A stretch of DNA of 64,000 bases from Promethearchaeota archaeon Loki_b32 (GCA_005223125.1 NJBH01000016.1:1-64000); one strand, 5' to 3'; positions 9,447 through 18,906 are shown, counted from the stretch's first letter. Program-made: numbers and translations. The notes: generated by a model from the letters alone, not told the origin.

Positions 9447-9716
9447 TTATAAAGGAAACACTTGCTCGGCTTCCTTCTCATCATACTCCACTTCTCGTAA
9501 GCGCATCCGAATTTCTCGCGGAGTAAATGAAGCTTTCAAGATTTCTAACACATTATCATGCAAAGCTTTTAAATTATCTACCGCTGCCGCATGGTAGAAG
9601 TCTTTCTCATTAAAATTAATCGTGATAATATCGCTTAAGCCCGAAAGCGCTTCGCGAATGTTCTTATAACTGGCCATCACATCATCCAATTTTTCTTCAT
9701 TTTCTATAGGTCCCAT
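9447..9716 (-). CDS. Small acidic helical hypothetical protein
   Basis: 89 aa, natural composition, SD-like GAGGT upstream, GC-richer codons than neighbours. Confidence 0.8.
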   Translation of the reverse strand: MGPIENEEKLDDVMASYKNIREALSGLSDIITINFNEKDFYHAAAVDNLKALHDNVLEILKASFTPREIRMRLREVEYDEKEAEQVFPL

Positions 9717-10307
9717 TTTATTACCTCAATTTTTTTATTGTTTTACAATTAATGATAATAAATTTCAGTATATAAATGTGACGATTTTCGATCATTATGT
9801 TGCGGTGAAGCGATCAATCTTTTACATAATTCGAGCAAAATTAATGTTTACAATCACAAATTTTATCGGTTTGAAAAATCTTAAATTCGATAAAATGATG
9901 ATTTTTAGTGACGAAAAACGGCGATGGTGTTCGGTTTCGTTAATGGATCCTGGCATCATTTCGAATCATGATCATTTTTTTGTCGTTGGATGACCGAAGG
10001 GTGACTTTGCCCACCAGATTTTGCATTTTTCGGTCATGAGCATTCCGAAATCGTTTCTCAATTTCTAGACAAAAAATAGTGAAAATGAGGTAGTCCCCAA
10101 AAAGATCCCACTGCACTATGAGATCATTTTTCCGTCATTTTGTAGGAATTAAAATTACTAAAAATTTGATTATGACTTTTTTCGCACTTTTTAGTCGGGA
10201 TTTTGACCGAAAACATTTAAATATGAGGGTGATAATTATTAGATCAGTCAAAAAAATTAAAAAACTTACTAAAAAAAATCAAAAAAGTAGGATGTGAGTG
10301 AGGAAAA
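9717..10307. promoter_or_regulatory. Divergent intergenic region with multiple TTTTC(G/C)(G/A)TCA-like boxes on both strands and seven GATC sites
   Basis: ttttcgatca 9785, tgacgaaaaa 9909, tgaccgaagg 9991, ttttcggtca 10027, ttttccgtca 10128, tgaccgaaaa 10204; GATC at 9790, 9812, 9946, 9970, 10104, 10122, 10242. Confidence 0.6.
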
Positions 10308-10649
10308 ATGGAACAAATCCCAAAAATAGAAGAAAAGGTAGAACAGCTAACAGACATCCAAAGAAGCGAAATTTACGAGTATGCTCGGAGGGTCAGTCGA
10401 GAGACGATAGAAGAAGTTTGTCCCGCACTTTTACGTTTAGCCTTAGATTCAGAGAGGGGGAAGCTCAAAAATCAGTTGGGGATGGTAATTTTCCACCTTC
10501 AGAAGAATGAGCGTATTAGTACCGTGATTGGGCTCCAAAAGTTGTTGGATGCGGCTTTAATAGTTAATCCTGAGGAGTTGTTTAAAATTCTCGAAAGTGC
10601 CGACGAGGGAGCTCAGGAGTTAGCCAAAAAAATTAAAGGAATATTATAA
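10308..10649 (+). CDS. Small all-helical hypothetical protein; its 3' end is the template of repeat family R
   Basis: 113 aa, SD-like GTGAGG upstream; downstream copies differ mostly at synonymous sites, supporting this reading frame. Confidence 0.9.
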   Translation: MEQIPKIEEKVEQLTDIQRSEIYEYARRVSRETIEEVCPALLRLALDSERGKLKNQLGMVIFHLQKNERISTVIGLQKLLDAALIVNPEELFKILESADEGAQELAKKIKGIL

Positions 10650-10710
10650 TTCGGAAAAAAAAAAATGAAATTAAAATAATTTTTTCACTTATTTAGTGTA
10701 TAATTTTATT

Positions 10711-11007
10711 TTACTTTTTTAAATCGTCTATAACTTCTTGAACTTGATCTACTGTTGCGATTGCTTTTATATCAAATTTGGTAAACGGAACATATTTTTG
10801 TAATGCTTTACCAAGTTCTACCTCAGATGCTTCCATGATGCTATAACCATTTGTTTCCCCTGCGAATGCTCCCCAATCCTTTGTTATACCTTCTTGTATA
10901 TCTTTCTTAACTAAAGCTACTAAACCATTCCAACCGATGCCTCTTTCTTTTCGATCGATTGGAATTTTAGTCCAATCTACTTCCCATAAGACTAAATATT
11001 TACCCAT
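10711..11007 (-). CDS. DUF3303-like small alpha/beta protein (cassette cargo 1)
   Basis: KYLVLW...DWGAFAGETNGYSIMEA...LQKYVPFTKF pattern. Confidence 0.7.
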   Translation of the reverse strand: MGKYLVLWEVDWTKIPIDRKERGIGWNGLVALVKKDIQEGITKDWGAFAGETNGYSIMEASEVELGKALQKYVPFTKFDIKAIATVDQVQEVIDDLKK

Positions 11008-11153
11008 AAATTATCACTCTCTTAAATTTTTTTGATTTGAAATTTTTAAATTATTGGACGTTCATGTACAAATTTCTGTACCAAGATTCTTATTATTTCA
11101 CACTATTTAAAAATTCTTCTTGAAATTAAAAGAAAATTTGGAATTGAAGGGGA

Positions 11154-11288
11154 ATTAACGCGGTAATTGCCCTACAGGAATTGCTTGATGCGGCGTTGAT
11201 TGTGGCTCTTGAGGAGCTGTTTAAAATTATTGAGAGTTCGGATGAGGAAGTTCAGGAATTAGCCAAAAAAATAAAAGAGATATTATAA
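11154..11288 (+). repeat. Repeat family R copy 1: displaced 3' end of the 10308-10649 gene
   Basis: Translates INAVIALQELLDAALIVALEELFKIIESSDEEVQELAKKIKEIL* versus ISTVIGLQKLLDAALIVNPEELFKILESADEGAQELAKKIKGIL*; no start codon or N-terminal part. Confidence 0.95.
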
Positions 11289-11417
11289 ATTTTTTTTCAA
11301 TCTAAAGTTTTGGAATGGATTTTTGAAATTCGTAGTTAAATATTTTAGCTTTCTTCCGTGTTCTTGAATTCGAAGGTGTAGCTTTCTCTTCATGACTGAA
11401 AAAAATAACATGCGTAC

Positions 11418-12278
11418 CTATCTATATATTTGAAACAACATTTTCCACATTCCTAAATCTAAATATTCTTTTCTTGGTCTTAAATAATACATCATGTAAC
11501 ACTTTAGTACCCATCTCTCTAAGTTTTCTTTATGTTTTATGATTTGTTTTCCCGAAGTATAATTAAAGTAATTGAAATCCGTGATTAAATCATCTTTTAT
11601 GTATTTTTCATAAATTTTTGTACCTGGTAGAGGGATTAAAATTCTGAAAGATACTATTGTAGGATCCATCTTTTTAGCAAACTGTATCGTTGCATTCAAA
11701 TCAGAATTTGTTTCATCTATATACCCTAATATAAAGAGACCAGTAAAAAAAATTCCTTTTTTCTTTAATCTCTCAGCAGATTTTAAAACATCCTTTTTTT
11801 TTATTCTCTTATTGTAGGATTTCAGTATTTTTTCAGAACCTGACTCAACACCTAAAAACAAATGCATACAGCCAGATTTTTTGAATAAATCCAATATATC
11901 TTCACTAATATTCGCTATAGTATCGACTCTAGCATTTGCATCCCAATAAATTTTAATTCCTTCTTCCATTATTTTATTGCATATTTCTTCTACTCTTTCG
12001 ATTGATACCATAAAATTATCATCAACAAAAAAAACCATTGGTCTCTTGCCTTCTGGTCCACTTACCTTTTTTATATTAGGATGGTTTTTGATTAGTTCTT
12101 TAATCTCTTCAATAATATTCGCTGCAGATCTATGTCTCCATTTTAACCCATCTTTTCCGGAAACTTGGCAAAATGTACATCCAAAAGGACATCCCCTCGA
12201 AGTCGAAACGGTAAAAGCATGAGTTCCATATTTTTCAAGAGGTACCAAATGTCTTGCTGGAAAAGGTAATTTATCCAA
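11418..12278 (-). pseudogene. Radical SAM protein of the B12-binding class, lacking its N-terminal cobalamin domain (cassette cargo 2)
   Basis: LPFPARHL linker, SRGCPFGCTFC, FFVDDNF, GVESGS, PLPGT; ORF begins at the inter-domain linker. Confidence 0.75.
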
Positions 12279-12426
12279 ATCTGCGATAAAATTATCGCTA
12301 TAGATCTTGTTCTATCCAAATTAGACCAATATTCAATAATAATCATTTATAAAAAATTGATTTGCACAAAATTCTTTAACTGTATTGACAGGGAACAAAT
12401 TGGAATTGCAGGATGCTGTATAGAAA

Positions 12427-12560
12427 TTTAACACGGTGATTGGGCCCAAAAGTTGCTTGATGCGGCTTTAATCGTCAATCCTGAGGAGAAGTTTAAGATT
12501 CTCGAGAGTGCCGACGAGGGCGCCCAAGAGTTAGCGAAAAAAATTAAGAGTATCTTATAG
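12427..12560 (+). repeat. Repeat family R copy 2: displaced 3' end of the 10308-10649 gene
   Basis: TVIG-QKLLDAALIVNPEEKFKILESADEGAQELAKKIKSIL*; 12 synonymous and 2 non-synonymous codon changes and one 1-nt deletion versus the intact gene. Confidence 0.95.
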
Positions 12561-13316
12561 GTTATTTTTACATACTATTTCTTTTCTACTATTCATAGAA
12601 TTTTATTTGGTGGATATTTTTGCATTTTTTTATAATCCTAGACGGTAGCATGAAAGCTTTGACAATTTGCCAAAAATACTTTAATATTAAATAGATCTTA
12701 GAATAGTTTGGGTTCACACGATCTTTTGTGGATACAAAGTTAATTGATAATATGGAGAAAAATGGTATAAATCATTTCTCATTTTGATTAAGAGTCTTTT
12801 TTAAAAAATTAATACAGTATTGGGGATAATTATACCTATCAGTATAAAAAGAAAATCAATCTACATATAATATCACCTAAGAAGGGAATTCATAGACAAT
12901 CTGAATAAACATTGGATTTCGCCCTCTATTAAACTCTATTAAGTTTAATTCACTCCCTTATTTTAAAAAATTGATTCAGATTTCTCTTCTCTTCTTTTTC
13001 TTTAACATTTGAAGATTTTTGGTTCAACAGATTGTAAATTAAATAAGTCTTTAACGCCCTCTCCATCTCTATCTGGTGGTGGGGGATTATCTTGTCCTGA
13101 GTTTGAACTGCCACATTCACAATCAGTATACCCTGTATAATTAAGGATCCAATTAAATACAGTATCACAATAGTAAACCGCTTGATTTAGGTTGTGGGTT
13201 CTACAATTGATTTTTAGAGAGAGTAAGGGCTTAAATTAAATATTACCTAAGATAACAATTAAAAGGTAAAATCAAAAATTGTCAAAATTTTAAAGAAAAA
13301 TTTAAATTAATAAAAA

Positions 13317-13361
13317 GCGGATGCTCAGGAGTTAGCAAAAGAAATTAAGAATATATTATAA
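13317..13361 (+). repeat. Repeat family R copy 3 (short)
   Basis: gcggatgctcaggagttagcaaaagaaattaagaatatattataa = ADAQELAKEIKNIL*. Confidence 0.9.
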
Positions 13362-13367
13362 ATCTAT

Positions 13368-14291
13368 TTATAAATCCAACTCCCAATCTTCTTCGGTTAA
13401 GGTTTGTCCCCAAATAGGGTGTGTTTTGGAATTAACTAATTGAAATCCATTTTTTTCATATAACCTACGAGCCATTTTAAGGTCGCTGAACGTCCCTAGA
13501 ATAATTTTTTTATAACCTTGATATTTACAGAAACTAATTGCTTCATACATTAGTTTTGTCCCGATTCCCTTATTTCGTGCATAGGGTTCAACGAGAAGCC
13601 AACGTAGTTGCGCAATGTTGTCGTTTACATTAACAATGGCAATTGAACCAACAACCTCAGTTCCAATCTCAACAATCCATAAACAATCTTTAGCGGGATC
13701 ATAATTTTCAACGAATTGCGCCATATATTTAGCTACATAAGCTTCAAACGTTTCATCGAGCTGATATTCCATTGTATAAATCACTCCATGTCGATATGTG
13801 ATATACCCTATATCACCCGGTTTATGAGATCGTATGCTATAAAATTCTGACTTCTCTGGTTCTCTTTTTAAAATTCTCTCAATAACTTCCATTGAATTGA
13901 CAAGTTTATTTTGATCCTCATCTGTTAAATTGGATAATAACATTATAATTTGTTCACTTGCTCTCTCTTGAAGTTCTGAAATCAAATCCTTTCCCGTGGA
14001 TGTTAATGAAAGCAATCGTTTTCGCATATCCTTACTTGAACGTTCTTTTAGAATCAAATTTTTTTCTTCAAAACTACTCAATATACGGCTGAGATATGCA
14101 GGATCCAAGTTTAGTAGTTTTACAATTTCACTCGCAGTTGAAGTTGATAAGTTGTTAAGTTCAAATAAGATTCTCACGTCAGTTAAAGAATATGCACTTT
14201 TCAATAAAGTTTTATCTAAAAGCCCTAGTAAATTGGTATAGAAACGGTTAAAACTTCGAATTTTCCCAATTCTTTCTGTTTTTTCTATCAT
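13368..14291 (-). CDS. MarR-family HTH / GNAT acetyltransferase fusion (cassette cargo)
   Basis: IRSFNRFYT...LDPAYLSRIL...D-R...LT-G MarR domain; QLRWLLVEPYARNKGIGTKLM, ARRLYEKNGF GNAT motifs. Confidence 0.92.
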   Translation of the reverse strand: MIEKTERIGKIRSFNRFYTNLLGLLDKTLLKSAYSLTDVRILFELNNLSTSTASEIVKLLNLDPAYLSRILSSFEEKNLILKERSSKDMRKRLLSLTSTGKDLISELQERASEQIIMLLSNLTDEDQNKLVNSMEVIERILKREPEKSEFYSIRSHKPGDIGYITYRHGVIYTMEYQLDETFEAYVAKYMAQFVENYDPAKDCLWIVEIGTEVVGSIAIVNVNDNIAQLRWLLVEPYARNKGIGTKLMYEAISFCKYQGYKKIILGTFSDLKMARRLYEKNGFQLVNSKTHPIWGQTLTEEDWELDL

Positions 14292-14330
14292 TACACCTCA
14301 TTCTATATAATGATTTGTGCAATTTAAACT

Positions 14331-14367
14331 TTGACAAAGTCAACTAAATACTTGATAAGATCAAGTA
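14331..14367. promoter_or_regulatory. Two tandem inverted repeats, probable MarR operator
   Basis: TTGAC-aaa-GTCAA (14331-14343) and TACTTGAT-aag-ATCAAGTA (14349-14367), 40-76 nt upstream of the MarR-GNAT start. Confidence 0.7.
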
Positions 14368-14416
14368 AATATTCAAACTCCCTTTTTATTTCATGAAATA
14401 ATTAATTAGACCTTAA

Positions 14417-14455
14417 ACTCAGGAGTTAGCCAGAAAAATTAAGGGAATATTATAG
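14417..14455 (+). repeat. Repeat family R copy 4 (short)
   Basis: actcaggagttagccagaaaaattaagggaatattatag = TQELARKIKGIL*. Confidence 0.9.
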
Positions 14456-14500
14456 TTTTTTTAATAATTAAACTTTTTTAGATGAGATTATAGTTTTGAT

Positions 14501-15661
14501 TTATTTAATATAATTGGAATCATAATCTTTTAAAGCATCTGTTAGAACCAAACACACTTTCTTCAAAAGGTTCGTATCGATTTTGTCGATTGTATCATTA
14601 GGGGTATGCATATAAGCATATGCTTCCACTTCACCAATACCATATCCTTGAAGACCTCTATCTCCTAAAAAACCTCCATCGGAATGAGTGCCGAAAACTC
14701 TATTCGTAATGAAATGGTTAATCCTAAGATCTCTTTTGTTATTTATTAACAAATTATCAATATCCTTAGCGTGATCCCCTTCTTTACCTCCTGGGAATAG
14801 AAATGCATGTTTGGCTATAGATTCAAAATTAAAAATTATCGATTTCTCAGTATCAAAATTTTCCAGATTATTATAAAAATGCCTGATCCCCATAGTTCCG
14901 CATTCTTCAGCGCCAGTAAAGAGGAACCAGAGGTTAAAGTTTGTTAATCTGTTTTCTGGAATGGTATAGTAATTTACAAGTTCTAAATTACATGCTATAC
15001 CGGAAGCGTTATCTACAGCACCAATAGAACTATTATCTGTAGTGTTAAGAATCATTATTATTGAGGCAAATATGTTTAATATTAAGGGAAACACCCCGAT
15101 AATATAAAAAATTAGTTCTAATCCTATAAATACTGAGTTTTTAAGGATGATAATAGCAGCTAGAACAATTGATGAAGAGATCCAAAGCTTAATTATTCTT
15201 ATCCGTATTCTAACTTTGAATCTTTGGGCCTTGGAATCCAAATGACTCATAAACAATGCAATTCTGTCATTATTCTTTATATCATTTGATATAGACTTAA
15301 TCTTTACAAGAAGGTTCTGTGAACGTAATCTTGAAATGAATTGAATCTTTTCCGGATTTCTCGTTAATATAATAGAGGCAATCAATATACTTAGTAATAT
15401 GTGTATTAAAATCAAAGACATAATCATTAAAATATTCAAATATAGTAGGAATATTATTAAAGAAAAGGATAAAAATGCTATTTTAGGATATAATCTCGAA
15501 TAAAACGAACTGAACGTAAATCGTTGGATTTCAAATTCTAGATTCAAATTCTCTACAGCTCTTTTTACTTTATTAAAAGCTTTAAGTTCAAATTCTGTTC
15601 CAGATAATCGAGGAAAAGCAAACTCTTTAAGATTTTTTTTAATTCGGGCTTCTTCAATCAT
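14501..15661 (-). CDS. M28 family metallopeptidase with inserted TM helices
   Basis: PRLSGT, SHLDSK, GAVDNASG, GAEECG, SD, HTPNDT. Confidence 0.88.
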   Translation of the reverse strand: MIEEARIKKNLKEFAFPRLSGTEFELKAFNKVKRAVENLNLEFEIQRFTFSSFYSRLYPKIAFLSFSLIIFLLYLNILMIMSLILIHILLSILIASIILTRNPEKIQFISRLRSQNLLVKIKSISNDIKNNDRIALFMSHLDSKAQRFKVRIRIRIIKLWISSSIVLAAIIILKNSVFIGLELIFYIIGVFPLILNIFASIIMILNTTDNSSIGAVDNASGIACNLELVNYYTIPENRLTNFNLWFLFTGAEECGTMGIRHFYNNLENFDTEKSIIFNFESIAKHAFLFPGGKEGDHAKDIDNLLINNKRDLRINHFITNRVFGTHSDGGFLGDRGLQGYGIGEVEAYAYMHTPNDTIDKIDTNLLKKVCLVLTDALKDYDSNYIK

Positions 15662-15827
15662 TTTATGGGTACAAAGGATAATAAAATATATACTTAAGTA
15701 AAGTTGTTTAATTTTTATTTATTTTTCTACTATAGATTTGGGAGAACTAAAAAATAAAAGTCGAAAATTTAGAAAAATAAAATACTAATTTGATATTCTG
15801 GTTCCTTATGTCCATAAATTAAGTGAA

Positions 15828-16058
15828 CTATTTAAACACAAATTTATAGAAATGTTGTTCAAATTCATTCAAGAAAGTATTTTCGGTCATATCAAATTTA
15901 GAATAATCAAACCACTTAAAGAATCTTACATGAAAGTTAGATTTCTTTTCATTATTATAATATTTCTTAAAAAAGTGTTCATAATCAAACAATAGCATGC
16001 TATTCAATTCTGCAACATCAGATTTTTGAAAGAATAATTCAGCACTCAGATCAGACAT
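15828..16058 (-). CDS. Hypothetical protein
   Basis: 76 aa; start overlaps the stop of the upstream gene. Confidence 0.4.
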   Translation of the reverse strand: MSDLSAELFFQKSDVAELNSMLLFDYEHFFKKYYNNEKKSNFHVRFFKWFDYSKFDMTENTFLNEFEQHFYKFVFK

Positions 16059-17103
16059 TTTTTATAAGCCCTCTCTCAAGATTTATCATGTTATAAGCAA
16101 TTTTTAAACAATCCTCCGCGTCATCTACAATTGAATTAATAATGTTTGCGACACGATCAATCTTATTCACAAGTCCGCAGCTCTGTCCCAAGAGTACAAT
16201 CCCATCATTAATATTTCCCTTATATGCTTTTTCTAACTTTACTACACCTTCTCTTACAATCTCCATTGATGTTTCTTCGGCACGTTTTTCAGTTTTATTT
16301 GAAACTGATGTATGATTATGGGCATAATTGTTATTCCATACTCTAGCAGGTCCAAAAACCCCTGTTACTAATTTAGTATCAGAAATAGTTGAATTTTGAA
16401 CTATATTCTTATAATTTTCATGAAATTCACATTCTTCAGATGCGATAAGTCTAGTTCCCATTGAAATTGCTCCTGCACCCATCGCTAAAGCTGAAGCTAA
16501 TCCTTCTCCAGTAGCATAGCCACCACTAGCAATTACAGGTAATTCTGGTAATTCTGTTCTAATTTGTTGTAGGAGAACTAACGTGCTTGTATTCTCATAA
16601 GATTGGTGTCCTCCACCCTCATGTCCAGTTGCAACAACACCATCAACCCCATACTTTAGTACATTCTTAGCTAGTTCTAAAGAAGGTATTACATGAAAAT
16701 GCTTTAAATTTGTGTTATTCTTTAATGTCTCAAAGTATTTGTTATTTAATAGTTTTGGAGATCCGGCGCTAGTAATTATATAATTACATTGTTCCTTTAT
16801 TTTTGGATTGTTCATTATAAATCTTGGAATTTGTCGACATAGTTTTATTGCATCGGGTTGTAGTTTAGCTGTCCTTATATTCAATCCAAAAGGCTTATCA
16901 GTGTACTCGACCACATATTTCATACTTTCTTTTATTTCAGTTAAAGAGACTGTATTATTTAAAGTAATATGGCTTAATACACCCAAACCACCTGCTTCCG
17001 AAACCGCAATTGTTAGTTTCGTAGTGTAAAAAGGCCCCATAGGGGCTGCGATAATAGGGTGCTTAATGCCTAACATTTCAGTTATTTCCGTTTTTATTAC
17101 CAT
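16051..17103 (-). CDS. Nitronate monooxygenase / FabK-like FMN-dependent oxidoreductase
   Basis: LGIKHPIIAAPMG, AVSEAGGLG, GHEGGGH, PVIASGG, MGTRL, GQSCGL. Confidence 0.9.
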   Translation of the reverse strand: MVIKTEITEMLGIKHPIIAAPMGPFYTTKLTIAVSEAGGLGVLSHITLNNTVSLTEIKESMKYVVEYTDKPFGLNIRTAKLQPDAIKLCRQIPRFIMNNPKIKEQCNYIITSAGSPKLLNNKYFETLKNNTNLKHFHVIPSLELAKNVLKYGVDGVVATGHEGGGHQSYENTSTLVLLQQIRTELPELPVIASGGYATGEGLASALAMGAGAISMGTRLIASEECEFHENYKNIVQNSTISDTKLVTGVFGPARVWNNNYAHNHTSVSNKTEKRAEETSMEIVREGVVKLEKAYKGNINDGIVLLGQSCGLVNKIDRVANIINSIVDDAEDCLKIAYNMINLERGLIKNV

Positions 17104-17561
17104 TTTTTCCTACCTTTTTTTATTAAATTTTTCTTTATATTTTATTAAATGAATATCTATTCAGTGTAATATTTGTTTGACTTAATAGATATTAAGTTGA
17201 ATAATCAGCATCATATATAAGTTTAACTAATTCGCCAATATTAGTATAATGTGTATATTCAATATGAGATTTATGGGGGATCTTTAAGGGATTAAGAAAT
17301 TTTTCAACTAAATTAAAATTTTGAATGAACATTCGTTCAATATCAAAGTAGGAGTAGTATTTGAAATAATCCGTGTTATTAAAAAAAGTAATCCAAATTA
17401 ATAAATCAATTATTAAAAATAAATTCATTAAATTTTTTATTGCTAAAAATTTATGTTTTTCCATGGCAGTTCAAACTTTAACAAATGGACTCCATTTGAT
17501 TAATTAAAGGTAATTCATAACTCTAATTTAAAGAAAAAAAGACTAAAAAGGAATTCTTAAA

Positions 17562-18026
17562 ATGAGAAAAATAGAATTACAGGATGTTATAGATACTAAC
17601 CTTCCAATTGATGAAGTTGTTCAAAGAATTATGGATTTTTGTAATCAAAATCAAATTAAGATAAAAGAAATGAATGATAAAGTAATAAATGGCATGTATG
17701 GTTCTAGATTTAAAGCTCATACAAAAGGTATGCTTGCTGAACCTTCAATTCTACCAGTAAAAATTTCAATTAATTTTCAAGATAAAGGAAATAGTACAGG
17801 ATTAAATGTTCTGATGAAGGAAGGTTTCATTGGTTTTCCCCCCTTAGGCATGAATAAGAAATACCCGATAATCTTTGCTCGATTAATGAATAACCTAAAA
17901 TTGCAATTCTATAAAGAAATGTCCATAAAAGAAGATACAAGTAAATGTAATAATTGTGGCAAAGATATTTTCTATAAGAACCAACGATACTGTGAAGTGT
18001 GTGGTTATGAATTATTAAAGATTTAA
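17562..18026 (+). CDS. Hypothetical protein with C-terminal zinc ribbon
   Basis: CNNCG...YCEVCG. Confidence 0.75.
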   Translation: MRKIELQDVIDTNLPIDEVVQRIMDFCNQNQIKIKEMNDKVINGMYGSRFKAHTKGMLAEPSILPVKISINFQDKGNSTGLNVLMKEGFIGFPPLGMNKKYPIIFARLMNNLKLQFYKEMSIKEDTSKCNNCGKDIFYKNQRYCEVCGYELLKI

Positions 18027-18046
18027 GATGTTACTCTTTCTTTTTC

Positions 18047-18226
18047 ATGATATTAATTGAATATTCCGGAGGACGTTATACATTAAGGTATATTCGTGTC
18101 AAAGATTCTTCTACTAATAAATATCACATATTGAGCGTGCCTAATGATACAAGAACATGTAAGGAAGGAATCGCGTGGACTTTTGGAATGACTCCATCCT
18201 AATATAATCCAATCAAAGAAACATAA
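18047..18226 (+). pseudogene. Remnant of a DUF6745-like C-terminal domain
   Basis: Manual translation YIRVKDSSTNKYHILSVPNDTRTCKEGIAWTFGMTPS*YNPIKET*; premature TAA at 18200-18202. Confidence 0.65.
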
Positions 18227-18297
18227 TAAAAAAAGTTCCAATTCATTTTTTAGTCTAAAAAATTGGCTTTTAAAAAGCTAATTTTAGATGCATAATC

Positions 18298-18891
18298 ATG
18301 ATTATAGATCATTGTGATAAGACAATAAGCTTAAAAATAGTGTATTTTGGTCCCGCTTTTTCGGGTAAAACAACTTCTATTAAGGCATTATTTTCTCATT
18401 TTGGCAAGGGTGAAGCACTTCATAGTATTGAAAGTACTGTAAATCGAACTTTATTTTTCGATTATGGTACAGTTACATTTCAAAATCAGGATTGGAGATT
18501 AAAACTTCATATTTACACCACCACGGGTCAGGATTTCTATTTTGTTACAAGATCAATTACTTTACGAGCTGTTGATGGGATTATTTTCGTAATAGATTCT
18601 CAAAAAGATGTATATGAGCGAAATTTAGCTTCTTGGAAAGAACTCCTCTCCTATTTTCGTGAAACTCTAGAAGATATTCCAATTATTATTGCATTCAATA
18701 AACAAGATTTACCAAAGAAATTTAATCCAACGAAGTTCTTAAATGAAATAAAATTTTATGATTATAAAAAAATTGATTCAAGATATACTATTGCCGTTAG
18801 CGGAGAAGGAATCTTAGCTTGTTTTGAAGATATATTGCAATTGATTTTGAGAAAATATTATAATTATAAATTAGTCTCAGCTATAAATTGA
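18298..18891 (+). CDS. MglA-like small GTPase
   Basis: KIVYFGPAFSGKTT, RTLFFD, YTTTGQ, VDGIIFVIDSQ, NKQD. Confidence 0.88.
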   Translation: MIIDHCDKTISLKIVYFGPAFSGKTTSIKALFSHFGKGEALHSIESTVNRTLFFDYGTVTFQNQDWRLKLHIYTTTGQDFYFVTRSITLRAVDGIIFVIDSQKDVYERNLASWKELLSYFRETLEDIPIIIAFNKQDLPKKFNPTKFLNEIKFYDYKKIDSRYTIAVSGEGILACFEDILQLILRKYYNYKLVSAIN

Positions 18892-18906
18892 TTATACCTG
18901 TTTTAT

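Noticed and set aside
9447-9510. Family L repeat as an inverted copy of the 3' end of the 89-aa gene (acgagaag..gagtatg)
   Set aside because: Needs several gaps, two incompatible alignments look equally good, and both sequences are GA-rich; cannot be distinguished from chance by eye
9778-10510. ORFs 9778-9993 and 10298-10510
   Set aside because: The first lies in the motif-rich spacer with no coding signature; the second is an alternative frame of 10308-10649, whose frame is supported by synonymous divergence of its copies
12143-13168. ORFs 12143-12346 and 12950-13168 as real genes
   Set aside because: No motifs; they overlap truncated or decayed cargo and are likely off-frame remnants
17192-17464. 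90-aa ORF
   Set aside because: Extremely AT-rich, no recognisable features, occupies a divergent promoter region; cannot be supported
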